Shown here piece after piece: positions 34,426-44,510 of a stretch of 63,628 nt of DNA. Origin of the DNA: an uncultured Candidatus Saccharibacteria bacterium (GTDB lineage Bacteria > Patescibacteriota > Saccharimonadia > Saccharimonadales > JACDBH01); contig CAYSJS010000004.1 of the NCBI GenBank assembly GCA_964431415.1, forward strand, positions 26,033-89,660. The letters are read 5' to 3'. The position numbers were made by a program, and so were the translations under genes. The notes below the pieces were generated by a model. The model did not search any database and was not told the DNA's origin. It worked only from the letters and a program-made list of their open reading frames with translations. Each line of letters starts with the position of its first letter. Positions within the stretch are counted from its first letter, which is position 1.

Positions 34426-35511
34426 TTATGCTTGGATTATTGAATTGGTATAGGCATCAATAAAGCCATCTATATCACCGCCAAGAACAGCATCGGTGTC
34501 GCTGGTTTCGTGTCCGGTTCTTAGATCCTTCACCATTTTGTACGGGTGGAGCACATAACTTCGTATCTGATTCCCCCACTCCGCAGACTGGTTCACACCT
34601 TTCAGATCGGCTATTTTTTCGAGATGCTGCTCCATCTGAAGCTGGACTAAGCGTGAACGTATTATGGTCATAGCCGTCTCGCGGTTTTGTAACTGCGAAC
34701 GCTCATTCTGAATTGCAACGGTAATGCCCGTAGGAATATGGGTTATGCGAACAGCAGAATCGGTCGTATTAACGCTCTGACCGCCCTTCCCGCCGCTTCT
34801 ATATACATCAATCTTTAGATCTTTTTCATCAATTTCTATCGCTTCGGGTTGATCAACCTTTGGTATTACTTCAACTTTTGCAAATGATGTTTGACGAAGA
34901 CTGTCAGCATTAAACGGGCTAAGCCGCACCAAACGATGAACACCGTGTTCGCCCTTTAGCTTGCCGTAAGCGAGCGCCCCAGCCACTTCCATAGTAATGC
35001 TTTTTATGCCCGCTTCTTCTCCGGGCGACTCGGCAATAGTTGTAAGCGTATACTGATGCGCTTCGGCCCAGCGAACATACATTCGAAGTAGCATTTGTGC
35101 CCAGTCTTGCGCATCGGTACCGCCAGCCCCTGCGTAAATACTCACGATCGCATCACTTTGGTCATACGGCTGATTAAACTTTAGTTCTGCCTTAAGCACA
35201 TCGTATGACTGTTCGAGCTGGCGCAGCTGCGTAAGCAGTTCTTCCGCCATTGCGGCGTCTCCCAGCCGCACTAATTCGAGTAGTTCGGTCGTTTCATCTA
35301 GGAGCTTACGCCACGGACGCACGCGGTTTTCGAGCGACGATTGCTGCTTCATGACCACCCCTGCCTGTTGTGCATCTTGCCAAAAGTCTGGCGCTAGAGT
35401 TTGCTTACTTTTGTGAGCCAAGTCGGCTTCAAGCTCCTCTAATCCTATCCTTTGGCAGGCATCTGTAATGAGGGCTTGAAACGTCTCGGCCTGTTTTAAT
35501 AGGGTATCCAT
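34426..35511 (-). CDS. prfB: Peptide chain release factor 2 (uninterrupted, no programmed frameshift)
   Basis: SPF tripeptide (RLVRLSPFNA) and GGQ (SGGKGGQSVNTTDSAVRITH). ATG 35511 has TATACT 9 nt upstream. Confidence 0.9.
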   Translation of the reverse strand: MDTLLKQAETFQALITDACQRIGLEELEADLAHKSKQTLAPDFWQDAQQAGVVMKQQSSLENRVRPWRKLLDETTELLELVRLGDAAMAEELLTQLRQLEQSYDVLKAELKFNQPYDQSDAIVSIYAGAGGTDAQDWAQMLLRMYVRWAEAHQYTLTTIAESPGEEAGIKSITMEVAGALAYGKLKGEHGVHRLVRLSPFNADSLRQTSFAKVEVIPKVDQPEAIEIDEKDLKIDVYRSGGKGGQSVNTTDSAVRITHIPTGITVAIQNERSQLQNRETAMTIIRSRLVQLQMEQHLEKIADLKGVNQSAEWGNQIRSYVLHPYKMVKDLRTGHETSDTDAVLGGDIDGFIDAYTNSIIQA

Positions 35512-35538
35512 ATTCACTTTAGTATATCAGGTAGTTTT

Positions 35539-36831
35539 CTAGTTAAGGTCTTGCCAAAGAACGCCTAGTTGCTCATGCAGTTCATCAGCAATAGGTTTGC
35601 CGCTGCTTCCTAAGAAACCAAGTGCCCACGTTTTGTCCTGAAACATAAGTTCGGTGGTCTTTATAATGCGGGTTTTTGTTACCCCTTTTATTCGCTCAGG
35701 GATAGCATAATAATCGTCAATCTCGTCTTCAAAGTAATATCGGTTCGTATAGCCGGCGGCCGTCCCGGACACTGTTTGTCCGGATCGCTGGTAACGCCCC
35801 AGCATATACTGTTTTGCAGCCTCAATGTCGGCGTCAAGCAGTTCGCCGTTACGTACAGCCTGAAGCTCGCGGATGATAATATCAAAAAGCGGCCGAGCGT
35901 TGCTAGCCATAACCTGCGCACCAAACCACCACGAAACGTTTGAGGTCATTTGGTTAAAACCGGAGTTCATCGAATACACCAGCCCTTTTTCGCGCGCCGA
36001 ACCAAGTATGCGTGAATACAACGTCTCCGTCAGCATCGTATTAATAAGCTGACCCGCATCCCACTCCTCTTCATTTAGCTTTTTAAGATGGAATGTATCC
36101 ATAATGAAGTAGAGATTTTTCACACTTTGATTACGCACGTAGAGCGGCTTTTGCCGGGCAATCGGCTCTTCGAGCGGCAAAGGTATGCGGCCATTCCCTT
36201 TGGGCAGCTGCAGACCCTCGAGCATGCGAATTACTGTTGCGCGCCTGCCCTTCATGCTGCCCGCAACCACAAAACGCAAATTAGAGGTCGTGTGCGTTCG
36301 CTTATAATGCGCCTCGATATCGCCCTTCGTGTTGTTGTGCAGGAGCTTTAGACGTTCTTGGTCGGTCATACCCTTGTATCCGCAGTACTTGCGCATCGCA
36401 AGGCTTAAGTGGCGGAAGTGATTATTTGCCCGGCCGCTTAGTTCCTCGCGTACGTTGCCCATTTCCGCTTCAAATTCTTCATCCAGAAAGAGCGGCTGAC
36501 TGATCGAAAGCATCATCAGATCCAAAATACGTTCCCATTCAAACTCGGCACATTCCGCTTCGTAAGTTATGTCGTACACACCCGTGCTGGCATTGTTATA
36601 GGCACCATTTTTTTCGAATTCTGCCTGAAAGATGCGTGCTTTTGGATGCACTTTATTTGCTCCAAGCAAAATGTGCTCCATCAAGTGAGGCGTTTCCCAC
36701 TTGGCGGGATCGACTAGATATTCACCGGCACGGAAGTTAAATTCGAACGTCATGACGAGCGCGTCAGGCACATCAATAATCAAGCCTTCCGCGCCGTTTT
36801 TTAAGATTATTTTTTCAACTGTATGCTTCAT
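35539..36831 (-). CDS. M16-family (pitrilysin/insulinase-like) zinc peptidase
   Basis: Inverted zinc motif HLMEH (HxxEH) near the N-terminus. Confidence 0.8.
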   Translation of the reverse strand: MKHTVEKIILKNGAEGLIIDVPDALVMTFEFNFRAGEYLVDPAKWETPHLMEHILLGANKVHPKARIFQAEFEKNGAYNNASTGVYDITYEAECAEFEWERILDLMMLSISQPLFLDEEFEAEMGNVREELSGRANNHFRHLSLAMRKYCGYKGMTDQERLKLLHNNTKGDIEAHYKRTHTTSNLRFVVAGSMKGRRATVIRMLEGLQLPKGNGRIPLPLEEPIARQKPLYVRNQSVKNLYFIMDTFHLKKLNEEEWDAGQLINTMLTETLYSRILGSAREKGLVYSMNSGFNQMTSNVSWWFGAQVMASNARPLFDIIIRELQAVRNGELLDADIEAAKQYMLGRYQRSGQTVSGTAAGYTNRYYFEDEIDDYYAIPERIKGVTKTRIIKTTELMFQDKTWALGFLGSSGKPIADELHEQLGVLWQDLN

Positions 36832-36909
36832 AATTCATGCGTTCGTTCGCCGCACCTTTTTCTTCTAGAACCATATACAGAATATACGGTTCACTTTCTT
36901 GCGGGCGAG

Positions 36910-39513
36910 CTATTTTCGTTTCTTGCCTTTCTTTTTTCGTTGACGTTCCGCCTTGCGTTGTTTTTGTTTTTTGGTTTTGCTAGTAACAGCTTTGGTAGCA
37001 CTTTTTGTGTGTAGCTTAAAGTCTTCTTCGCTATATTCGTCAACATCAAGAATTTTGTCGGCGTTATCTACAGACGACCGCGCAGCCCGCGTGAGCTCGG
37101 TTTCTACGGGTTCCTCTAGTTCTTCTTCGTCAACCGGCTCGGCGTTAAACAGGCTTCTTACGACATCGTGACGGAGGTTCACGAGCAGCTCAGCAAACAG
37201 TACCTGTGCACGGCGGCGATACTCTACCAGCGGATCACGCTGGCCAACGCTGAGCCAATGTATGCCTTCGCGCAGGTGATCCATGTTTTCAAGGTGCTGC
37301 ATCCATAGGTTATCGAGCACTTGCAGGTACACATCACGCTCAAGTTTACGCAAAACAGGTTCACCAAAGCTTGCCTCGCGGGTCGCATAGAGCTCTTTTG
37401 CTTCGGTCAGCAGTACGTCTTGGAACTTAGTCGCGTCGGCATCAAACAAACGATCCAGAGTCGCCTCGTCAAACGGAAAGACTTCTTTTAGGAATGCTTC
37501 AAATTGATCGGTTGTCGAGAGCGGAGAAGCCACGAGCGCCCCAACTTCTTCTTTAATAAAGTCCTGAATGCGGGGCTTGATAGTAGCCTGGAGCAATATT
37601 TCGCGCCGCATGGCGTAGACCGCCTTACGGTGCCGGTTCATAACATCGTCATACTGCACGACATTCTTACGCTGGTCGAAGTTAAAGCCTTCGACCTTCT
37701 TTTGTGCTGCCTCAAGACTCTTGCTGATGATGCGGTTTTCGATTGGCGTTTCGTCATCTACCCGGAGCCGCTCCATAATGGCGCCAATCCTTTCGCCGCC
37801 GAAAATACGCATAAGCTCGTCCTCGGTACTCACGAAGAACTGTGTTTCCCCTGGGTCGCCTTGGCGGCCGGACCGACCGCGCAGCTGGTTATCAATGCGG
37901 CGCGACTCATGGCGCTCAGAACCAAGCACAAACAAGCCGCCTAGTTTCTTCGATTCTTCGTCTAGCACGATGTCCGTACCGCGTCCGGCAATGTTGGTGG
38001 CAAGCGTCACCGCCCCTTTCTGACCGGCCTTAGCAACAATAGCGGCTTCTCTTTCATTATTTTTGGCGTTCAATATCTGGTGCGGTACCTTTGCTTTAGT
38101 AAGCAAACGACCCAACTCTTCGTTTTTTTCGATCGAAACTGTTCCGATCAGTACCGGCTGCCCTTTTGTGTGCAGTTTTTTAACTTCACCTACTATAGCC
38201 TTAAACTTGCCTTTTTCGGTTTTGTATATTCGGTCTGAACGGTCAACACGCACCACCTTGCGGTTCGGCGGTATTTCGACTACATCCAGTTTATAGATCT
38301 GATGGAACTCTTCAGACTCAGTTAGGGCCGTTCCTGTCATACCACTCAGTTTTTCGTATAAGCGGAAATAGTTCTGGAAGCTGATGGTAGCCAGCGTCAT
38401 TGATTCTTCCTGGACTTCAACCCCTTCCTTTGCCTCAATCGCCTGGTGCAAACCTTCGTTGTAACGACGCCCCTTCAGCATACGGCCGGTAAACTCATCC
38501 ACGATCACTACTTCGCCGTCGTTACTAACCACATAATCTTTGTCGCGCTTAAACAGCAGCTCTGCTTTCAGCGCCTGCTCTAGGTGGTATATTGTACGAA
38601 TATTTTCGGTTGAATAGAGATTGCTCAGGCCAAGGATTTTTTCTACTTTTTCAACACCGCTGTCCGTAAGTACCACTGACCGGCGTTTTTCGTCAATTTC
38701 ATAGTGGTCTTTCTTTAGTTGCTTGACTACTTTGCTGAACTGACCATAACTGGCGCCGCTTGCAGTTGCGGGCGCAGAGATAATTAACGGGGTGCGCGCT
38801 TCGTCTATTAAAATCGAGTCCACTTCGTCGACAATTGCAAAATGAAGGTCTCGCTGGCGCAGTTGGTCCGTTTCGCGCGCCATGTTGTCGCGCAAGTAGT
38901 CAAAGCCAAGCTCGTTGTTAGTACAGTATGTAATATCTGCCTGGTATGCCTCTTGCCGTGTGCATGGCTTAAGGTGTGTAAAGCGGGCGTCGTCGTGACT
39001 GTCATCGGAAAAGCTGGGGTCATATATGTAAGACTGGTCGGGCATAATAACGCCAGTAGACATGCCCAAGAAGTGATAAATAGGCGCCATCCATCCCGCG
39101 CCAATACGTGCCAGATAGTCGTTCACGGTCACTAGATGCACTCCCTTGCCGGTGAGTGCGTTGAGATACAGCGGCAGGGTCGCCACCAGTGTTTTACCTT
39201 CACCGGTCTTCATTTCTGCGACTTTGCCTTCGTGCAAAACCATACCGCCGATCAGCTGCACATCAAAATGCCGCTGGCCGAGCGTACGATTTGCAACCTC
39301 GCGCACCAGCGCAAACGCATCAGGCAGTATTGCATCAAGAGACTCCTTTTCGAGCCGCTTTTTCAGTATGTCAGTCTGGGTCTTGAGCTTATCATCGCTC
39401 AGCTTTTTATACTTCGGTTCTAGTTTATTTATCTCGAGAACGCGCTTTTTTAAACGCTTGATAGTTTTTGCTTGCGGGTCACCCAAAACACGCTTTAAGA
39501 ATCGGTTATTCAT
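36910..39513 (-). CDS. secA: Preprotein translocase ATPase SecA
   Basis: Full-length SecA motifs (MKTGEGKTLVATLP, DEVDSILIDEARTPLIIS, TNIAGRGTDI). The C-terminal tail is Lys/Arg-rich with no Cys. Confidence 0.95.
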   Translation of the reverse strand: MNNRFLKRVLGDPQAKTIKRLKKRVLEINKLEPKYKKLSDDKLKTQTDILKKRLEKESLDAILPDAFALVREVANRTLGQRHFDVQLIGGMVLHEGKVAEMKTGEGKTLVATLPLYLNALTGKGVHLVTVNDYLARIGAGWMAPIYHFLGMSTGVIMPDQSYIYDPSFSDDSHDDARFTHLKPCTRQEAYQADITYCTNNELGFDYLRDNMARETDQLRQRDLHFAIVDEVDSILIDEARTPLIISAPATASGASYGQFSKVVKQLKKDHYEIDEKRRSVVLTDSGVEKVEKILGLSNLYSTENIRTIYHLEQALKAELLFKRDKDYVVSNDGEVVIVDEFTGRMLKGRRYNEGLHQAIEAKEGVEVQEESMTLATISFQNYFRLYEKLSGMTGTALTESEEFHQIYKLDVVEIPPNRKVVRVDRSDRIYKTEKGKFKAIVGEVKKLHTKGQPVLIGTVSIEKNEELGRLLTKAKVPHQILNAKNNEREAAIVAKAGQKGAVTLATNIAGRGTDIVLDEESKKLGGLFVLGSERHESRRIDNQLRGRSGRQGDPGETQFFVSTEDELMRIFGGERIGAIMERLRVDDETPIENRIISKSLEAAQKKVEGFNFDQRKNVVQYDDVMNRHRKAVYAMRREILLQATIKPRIQDFIKEEVGALVASPLSTTDQFEAFLKEVFPFDEATLDRLFDADATKFQDVLLTEAKELYATREASFGEPVLRKLERDVYLQVLDNLWMQHLENMDHLREGIHWLSVGQRDPLVEYRRRAQVLFAELLVNLRHDVVRSLFNAEPVDEEELEEPVETELTRAARSSVDNADKILDVDEYSEEDFKLHTKSATKAVTSKTKKQKQRKAERQRKKKGKKRK

Positions 39514-39615
39514 ACGATCAGTCTATCTCCCTGTAATTCAGTACTTTTTATTGTACCCGATAATGCACGCAAGAGACAGATGTAATTTTGACTTATTTCG
39601 TCAGACAAACCGCCC

Positions 39616-39984
39616 TTATGCAGACTTGCGGCGCAGCCGACCGGTTAAGCGCCGGAGCAAACGCGGATTTGTATGTGTCTCTTTGTATTTTTTTAGCTGA
39701 TTTGCCAGTTTTGCTTCTACGATATCTATCGCGGCAAACATGTTAACGGTAGATTCTTTAGCATTCAGTGTTTCGTGAGGCATCCGAACCACGAGCTCGG
39801 CGGTACACTTCTTGTCACTTTGACCCTTGTTTTCTTTAAGTTTTACCTCGACATGTACACTTTCGCGCGCCTTCCTCGGCATATACTTTTCCAGTTTGGC
39901 AACTGACTTAGTTGCATATTTTTTTAGCTTTTCGTCCGTGTCGGCATGCACCCCAGTTATCTCGATTTTTTTAATCATGTCCAT
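39616..39984 (-). CDS. hpf: Ribosome hibernation promoting factor / RaiA family
   Basis: S30AE pattern IEITGVHADTDEKLKKYATKSVAKLEKY. GGAGGG SD 7 nt upstream of ATG 39984. Confidence 0.85.
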   Translation of the reverse strand: MDMIKKIEITGVHADTDEKLKKYATKSVAKLEKYMPRKARESVHVEVKLKENKGQSDKKCTAELVVRMPHETLNAKESTVNMFAAIDIVEAKLANQLKKYKETHTNPRLLRRLTGRLRRKSA

Positions 39985-40009
39985 TTTAAGGCCCTCCAAT
40001 TAATAACTT

Positions 40010-41314
40010 TTAAAGGATCTCACGCCCGCCCATATATGGCCGGAGCACATCCGGAACAACGACTTTTCCGTCAGCCGTCTGGTAATTCTCAATAATAGCC
40101 ACCATGCCTCGTCCCATTGCGAGCGCTGTGGCATCATTTGTATGGACCAGGCCAAGCGCATCTCCTTGTTTGGTACGCGTTTTAAGACGCCGTGCCTGGT
40201 AATCGGTCATGTAGTCGGCCGTGTGGGTTTCGCGGTATTTTTGCTGACCCGGCAGCCACACTTCCATATCCACGCCACTTGCATTCGGCTTGCCGATGTC
40301 ATACGTACACTTTCTGAGTTTGTGATACGGCAGTTTTAGCTGCTGCAGAATATATTCTTGAATAGCAATTAAAAATTCGTGCTCTTTTGGCCCGTCAGCG
40401 GCAGCTGTCAGGCTTTCCATCTCCAGCTTGTCGAACTGATGCATGCGAATAATGCCTTCCATATCCTTGCCGTATGTTCCGGCTTCTTTTCGGAAACTGG
40501 TCGCAAAACCCAAGTAACGAACCGGGAGCCGATCCTCGGCTAAAACTTCATCGGCATGCATACTGCCGAGCACATGTTCGGCGCTACCTTGCAGCCACAA
40601 CTCTTCGTCCTCAATCTTATATCGGTCATCCCGCGGCTCAAGCCGATCCATTGCGTCATATATATCGGTTTTAAGCATGAGCGGCGGCAAAACCGGCGTA
40701 AAAGGCTTCGTGGATACGCCCGTTAATCCCGCATGTTCTGCAATATGGCTTAAGACTTCTTCGTCCGTTAAGAAATCTGTGATCCAGTTAAGCAGACCCA
40801 GCTGCAGCTTCACTAAATCACCTTTTATGTATGCAAACCGGCTGCCGCTCACTTTTGCGGCTCGCTCCTTGTCCAACCAGCCTCGAGCTTCGGCGATTTC
40901 TGCGTGATTTTTTGGCTCGAAATCAAACTGGGGTTTTTCGCCCTTTTCGTAGACAACGACATTTTCTTCTTCGCTGGAGCCAACCGGCACGTCATCCATA
41001 GGCATATTTGGCACCATTTTTAACAATGCAGTAAACTGCCCATCGGTTTCTGTCAGGTAGCCTTCGCGTTCAGAAAGCTCAAGCTTAATCTGACGTCCTT
41101 CTGCGATGACATCCGCATCGGGCTTACCGCTCGAAGCCTGTATTTTTGAGGCATTCTCGTTACGTTTTTGACGAAGCTCCTCTACGGCAGCCATGAGCTC
41201 CCGACGTTCACCGTCAAGCTGCAATAACTTTGCGATATCGACCGGGTAGCCTTTTTGCTTTGCCTTTTCTGCCACTAACTCTGGGTTGTCTCGGATAAAT
41301 TGGATGTCTAACAT
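40010..41314 (-). CDS. serS: Serine--tRNA ligase
   Basis: MLDIQFIRDNPELV, an N-terminal coiled coil and class II motifs. TATACT lies 6 nt upstream of the ATG. Confidence 0.95.
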   Translation of the reverse strand: MLDIQFIRDNPELVAEKAKQKGYPVDIAKLLQLDGERRELMAAVEELRQKRNENASKIQASSGKPDADVIAEGRQIKLELSEREGYLTETDGQFTALLKMVPNMPMDDVPVGSSEEENVVVYEKGEKPQFDFEPKNHAEIAEARGWLDKERAAKVSGSRFAYIKGDLVKLQLGLLNWITDFLTDEEVLSHIAEHAGLTGVSTKPFTPVLPPLMLKTDIYDAMDRLEPRDDRYKIEDEELWLQGSAEHVLGSMHADEVLAEDRLPVRYLGFATSFRKEAGTYGKDMEGIIRMHQFDKLEMESLTAAADGPKEHEFLIAIQEYILQQLKLPYHKLRKCTYDIGKPNASGVDMEVWLPGQQKYRETHTADYMTDYQARRLKTRTKQGDALGLVHTNDATALAMGRGMVAIIENYQTADGKVVVPDVLRPYMGGREIL

Positions 41315-41360
41315 GCTAATAGTATACCCCGAGAGTCCAGCAGATCACAGTGATTTAGTA

Positions 41361-41699
41361 TTACCTTACCATGTCCTCTGGACCGAAGTTCTTCCACGCG
41401 GCCACTTCTAATGGAACCTGATTACCGAATACAGGATTACCAAAAGCATCATGTCCATCAGTGTCGTAGTCACCAAAACCTCGATATTCGGCATCCGTTT
41501 TCTCAAAAGGAGTTCCATGCTCTTCAAGACATCTCAGGTCTGCGTACGTAACAGTAAGCAACGACTCCTCATGTTCTGGTTCATCGCGTAAGTCAGCTAG
41601 TTCTAGCCCAGCTATACTTACCACGCCCGTGCCGTATAGGCTCAGGTCGCTATTTAATGTTTGCTCTAACTCTTCGTGTGTGGGGTAATTTTCACTCAT
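41361..41699 (-). CDS. Small highly acidic hypothetical protein
   Basis: 112 aa, rich in D/E, with no TM. Confidence 0.4.
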   Translation of the reverse strand: MSENYPTHEELEQTLNSDLSLYGTGVVSIAGLELADLRDEPEHEESLLTVTYADLRCLEEHGTPFEKTDAEYRGFGDYDTDGHDAFGNPVFGNQVPLEVAAWKNFGPEDMVR

Positions 41700-41780
41700 G
41701 GATCATACTGTACTCCCAACCCGGCACACACGACAACAATTAAAATCATTGCATAATAAAAAATAAAGTGCATCACTCTG

Positions 41781-42557
41781 TTATTTCTTTATCGCAGCCA
41801 ACGTTAGTTTTGTACGCGCCTTGGCGTACGCACAAAACTCACAGTCGCCACCCATGGCGCTTTTACCAACCGCCGGCATGTCGCCGTCCATACACTTTTT
41901 CATCTCTACTATTGTTGGCTTTACCCACGAATCATCACCCGTGTACGGAATAATTTTTGTACGAAACTCTACTTTATCAAAAAAACCATCCAGATCCATT
42001 CGGCCGTTTGTGTATACAAAGTAGCCGGTGTCGAGCACGGTTAACCCATTTTGCCGCAGCAGCCACTGATATGTTTCCATCTGCCGCTTATAGGCAATCT
42101 GCCATTCAGAATCTATGTTCACTTCTTTATCTTTTGCCGTAGCTTTGTAATCGACTACGATAATGTTTCCTTGCTTGTCTGCCCAAAGATCGTCAATCGC
42201 CCCAAAAATGTGCAAATTAGTCGGTTTATGAATAGCCACCACACCAACAAAATTCTCGCGCCACTCATCCAATTTTTCGTGCATAAAAGGCACAGCATCA
42301 ACACCGAACTCAACCATCAGCGGATGAGGCTCGCCTTTTGTGCGATATGAGTCAAACTCTTTTTTAAACAGTTCATCGATGGCTTTGTTAATGTTAAACG
42401 GTGGGCTGCTCGGGCGGGTAATTTTAAGACGTACGTCCAGCCAAAAGCAGCGCGGACACTGCATATATAGTTCAATTTTTGAGCGAGATACCTTAAACGG
42501 CGTCAATTGACCCGGTTTATATGGCTGCGATCGTTCCCTCCAGTAGTTGTTCGTCAT
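41781..42557 (-). CDS. PD-(D/E)XK nuclease, Cas4/RecB-like with putative Fe-S cysteines
   Basis: N-terminal CPRC, core IDDLWADKQGNIIVVDYKAT and C-terminal CEFCAYAKAR. TACAAT lies 8 nt upstream of the ATG. Confidence 0.6.
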   Translation of the reverse strand: MTNNYWRERSQPYKPGQLTPFKVSRSKIELYMQCPRCFWLDVRLKITRPSSPPFNINKAIDELFKKEFDSYRTKGEPHPLMVEFGVDAVPFMHEKLDEWRENFVGVVAIHKPTNLHIFGAIDDLWADKQGNIIVVDYKATAKDKEVNIDSEWQIAYKRQMETYQWLLRQNGLTVLDTGYFVYTNGRMDLDGFFDKVEFRTKIIPYTGDDSWVKPTIVEMKKCMDGDMPAVGKSAMGGDCEFCAYAKARTKLTLAAIKK

Positions 42558-42597
42558 GCCTGCCTATTGTAGCAGCGCAGACCTTGAATTCACAGCC

Positions 42598-43302
42598 TCA
42601 GGTTGCGAGTTTGGTCGCCGCAGCAACGGCCGCCGTTTCAGCGCGTAATATTAAGTGCCCAAGTTCGATTCCGCGCACCCCTGCTTGCTTGCATAGTTCG
42701 AGTTCGTTTTCCGTCCACCCACCTTCTGGCCCTACCAAAACACCTACCGGTTTTTCTCCTCGAAGGTACGCATTATCTTCTCCCTGCCCAGAACCTGCTT
42801 CGGCAACTAGTAGCGTTACTTTGGCCGTATATTCATCTAACGCTTCCTTTAGACTGATGGGTTCGCGAATATGGGGAATGTCGCTCCGACCGCACTGTTC
42901 TGCCGCTTCAACGGCAATTTTTTCAGCTCGCTCACTGTTAAAACCGGTCTTTTCACTACGCTCAGCAATAAGCGGCACAAAGTTAGTAACACCCAGCTCC
43001 GTACATTTTTGAATCACCCACTCATTTTTATCTTTTTTGAGCAGTGACCAAAATAAATAGACATGTCTTTTTGGCAGTTTTCGTTCAAATTCAGTTACCA
43101 GCTCTAGATGAATCGCGTCATCAGCTATTTCCGCAATCCTATATAGCCGCTCGGCAGCTACACCGTCAAACAGCACCACTTCATCACCAGCCCGGTAGCG
43201 AAATACCTTAAGCCACTGGTTGCGCAGTTCTTTTGAAGCCAGCCAGATACTTTCGGTAAGCTCTGTTTCCTTTGGCGCAACATAAAATCTATGTACTCTC
43301 AT
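42598..43302 (-). CDS. rsmE: 16S rRNA (uracil1498-N3)-methyltransferase RsmE
   Basis: MRVHRFYV start and C-terminal GPEGGWTENE...LGHLILRAETA. Confidence 0.8.
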   Translation of the reverse strand: MRVHRFYVAPKETELTESIWLASKELRNQWLKVFRYRAGDEVVLFDGVAAERLYRIAEIADDAIHLELVTEFERKLPKRHVYLFWSLLKKDKNEWVIQKCTELGVTNFVPLIAERSEKTGFNSERAEKIAVEAAEQCGRSDIPHIREPISLKEALDEYTAKVTLLVAEAGSGQGEDNAYLRGEKPVGVLVGPEGGWTENELELCKQAGVRGIELGHLILRAETAAVAAATKLAT

Positions 43303-43321
43303 GCAGTAGTAGTGTAGCAAA

Positions 43322-43906
43322 CTAGTTCACGGATGATGAGGGTAAATCTTCACAGTACGACTTGTAGTACTGATAGTACTCAGCCGACGGGTTGCAGTAC
43401 TCGTCTATCAAAGACTGAGTCGAGCTGCTTGAGGTACTACTCGGGGACTCAGAGGTACTAATAACCGAAACCGGTTGGACCGTTTGACAGTTCTCGCCTT
43501 TTTTGTGTATGTAGCTCAGATACAAGGCCGTCGGCTTATAGTCAGTGGTGGAGTCCTTAAATGACGAACTGAGCGACGACGAGACCGCACCACTCACAAT
43601 AGAGGAAATGTTTACCCCGCCACCATACCCGCGGTTCGTCTTGTATGTCACACAAAAACTATAGGACATCTCCGAATTTTTTGTGTACTTAATCTCAGAC
43701 GGAACACTAGCTACGCCCGCGTCGAAAAGATTGTTTGGCACTTTTCTTTTTGTCTCAACGTATTCGTTCAATTTTTTTGCTATATCTTGCGCTGCGCTTT
43801 CGGTTTTTTTGTCGCTTTTAGAATCGGCGCCAAGCTTAATCACATAGCCCGTAAGACCCAGTGTTATAACAGCCAGGACCAAGAATCCAATATAGTATTT
43901 TTTCAT
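43322..43906 (-). CDS. Membrane-anchored Ser-rich extracytoplasmic protein
   Basis: N-terminal TM YYIGFLVLAVITLGLTGYVI and Ser-rich tracts. Confidence 0.45.
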   Translation of the reverse strand: MKKYYIGFLVLAVITLGLTGYVIKLGADSKSDKKTESAAQDIAKKLNEYVETKRKVPNNLFDAGVASVPSEIKYTKNSEMSYSFCVTYKTNRGYGGGVNISSIVSGAVSSSLSSSFKDSTTDYKPTALYLSYIHKKGENCQTVQPVSVISTSESPSSTSSSSTQSLIDEYCNPSAEYYQYYKSYCEDLPSSSVN

Positions 43907-43911
43907 GTCCT

Positions 43912-44442
43912 TTAGCCCTTTTTAGTGAATTTATGCTCGTCACGCCAGTAGTACAGTAGGATTCCTCCCGCAATAACCAAAGTCACGGCAGTCGTGCCGG
44001 CAGTTTTACCAAGCTCACTTCCGGTCACCTCACCACCGGCGGTATTGATAAGCGCATACACAAAAGTGATCACGCTAAAGAAGCTGGCAAGAAAGGCAAC
44101 GAACTGTGTAATCTGGGAAAAACGACGCTTCGAAGCATCAAAGCGTAAACTGCTGTCTGCTTTTTCTGCCTTTTTTAGCCGCAGGAACAACAACGCAAAT
44201 ACCGGGAGCGAGATTATGAGCGCAGAAAGCGGATACGAAACTTCCATAAACGTCACCGACCCCATTATGAGTGAGTCCAACAGCCATATGAGCGAAGCGG
44301 CTCCTATCCATAAAGCAAAGGACATCATGGCATACTCTACGCCGCGCACGCTAAGCACCTTTACAACCGGCACCGGACGATCATCGCTTCTTGCTGCCGC
44401 ACCGTGGCTCATTGCGGCATGATGGTTAACTTCTTGGTCCAT
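43912..44442 (-). CDS. Integral membrane protein (about 4 TM), unknown function
   Basis: Hydrophobic segments throughout. AGGGG SD upstream. Confidence 0.45.
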   Translation of the reverse strand: MDQEVNHHAAMSHGAAARSDDRPVPVVKVLSVRGVEYAMMSFALWIGAASLIWLLDSLIMGSVTFMEVSYPLSALIISLPVFALLFLRLKKAEKADSSLRFDASKRRFSQITQFVAFLASFFSVITFVYALINTAGGEVTGSELGKTAGTTAVTLVIAGGILLYYWRDEHKFTKKG

Positions 44443-44510
44443 AAGACGTATTACCCCTTTTTACTTTAAAATCTACCTGCTCTCAGTATAAACCCCTGCC
44501 AAGGGATTTA

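Noticed and set aside
42661-42680. tRNA T-arm-like string AGTTCGATTCCGCGC.
   Set aside because: It lies inside the rsmE coding region, with no flanking acceptor, D or anticodon stems. No tRNA could be folded.
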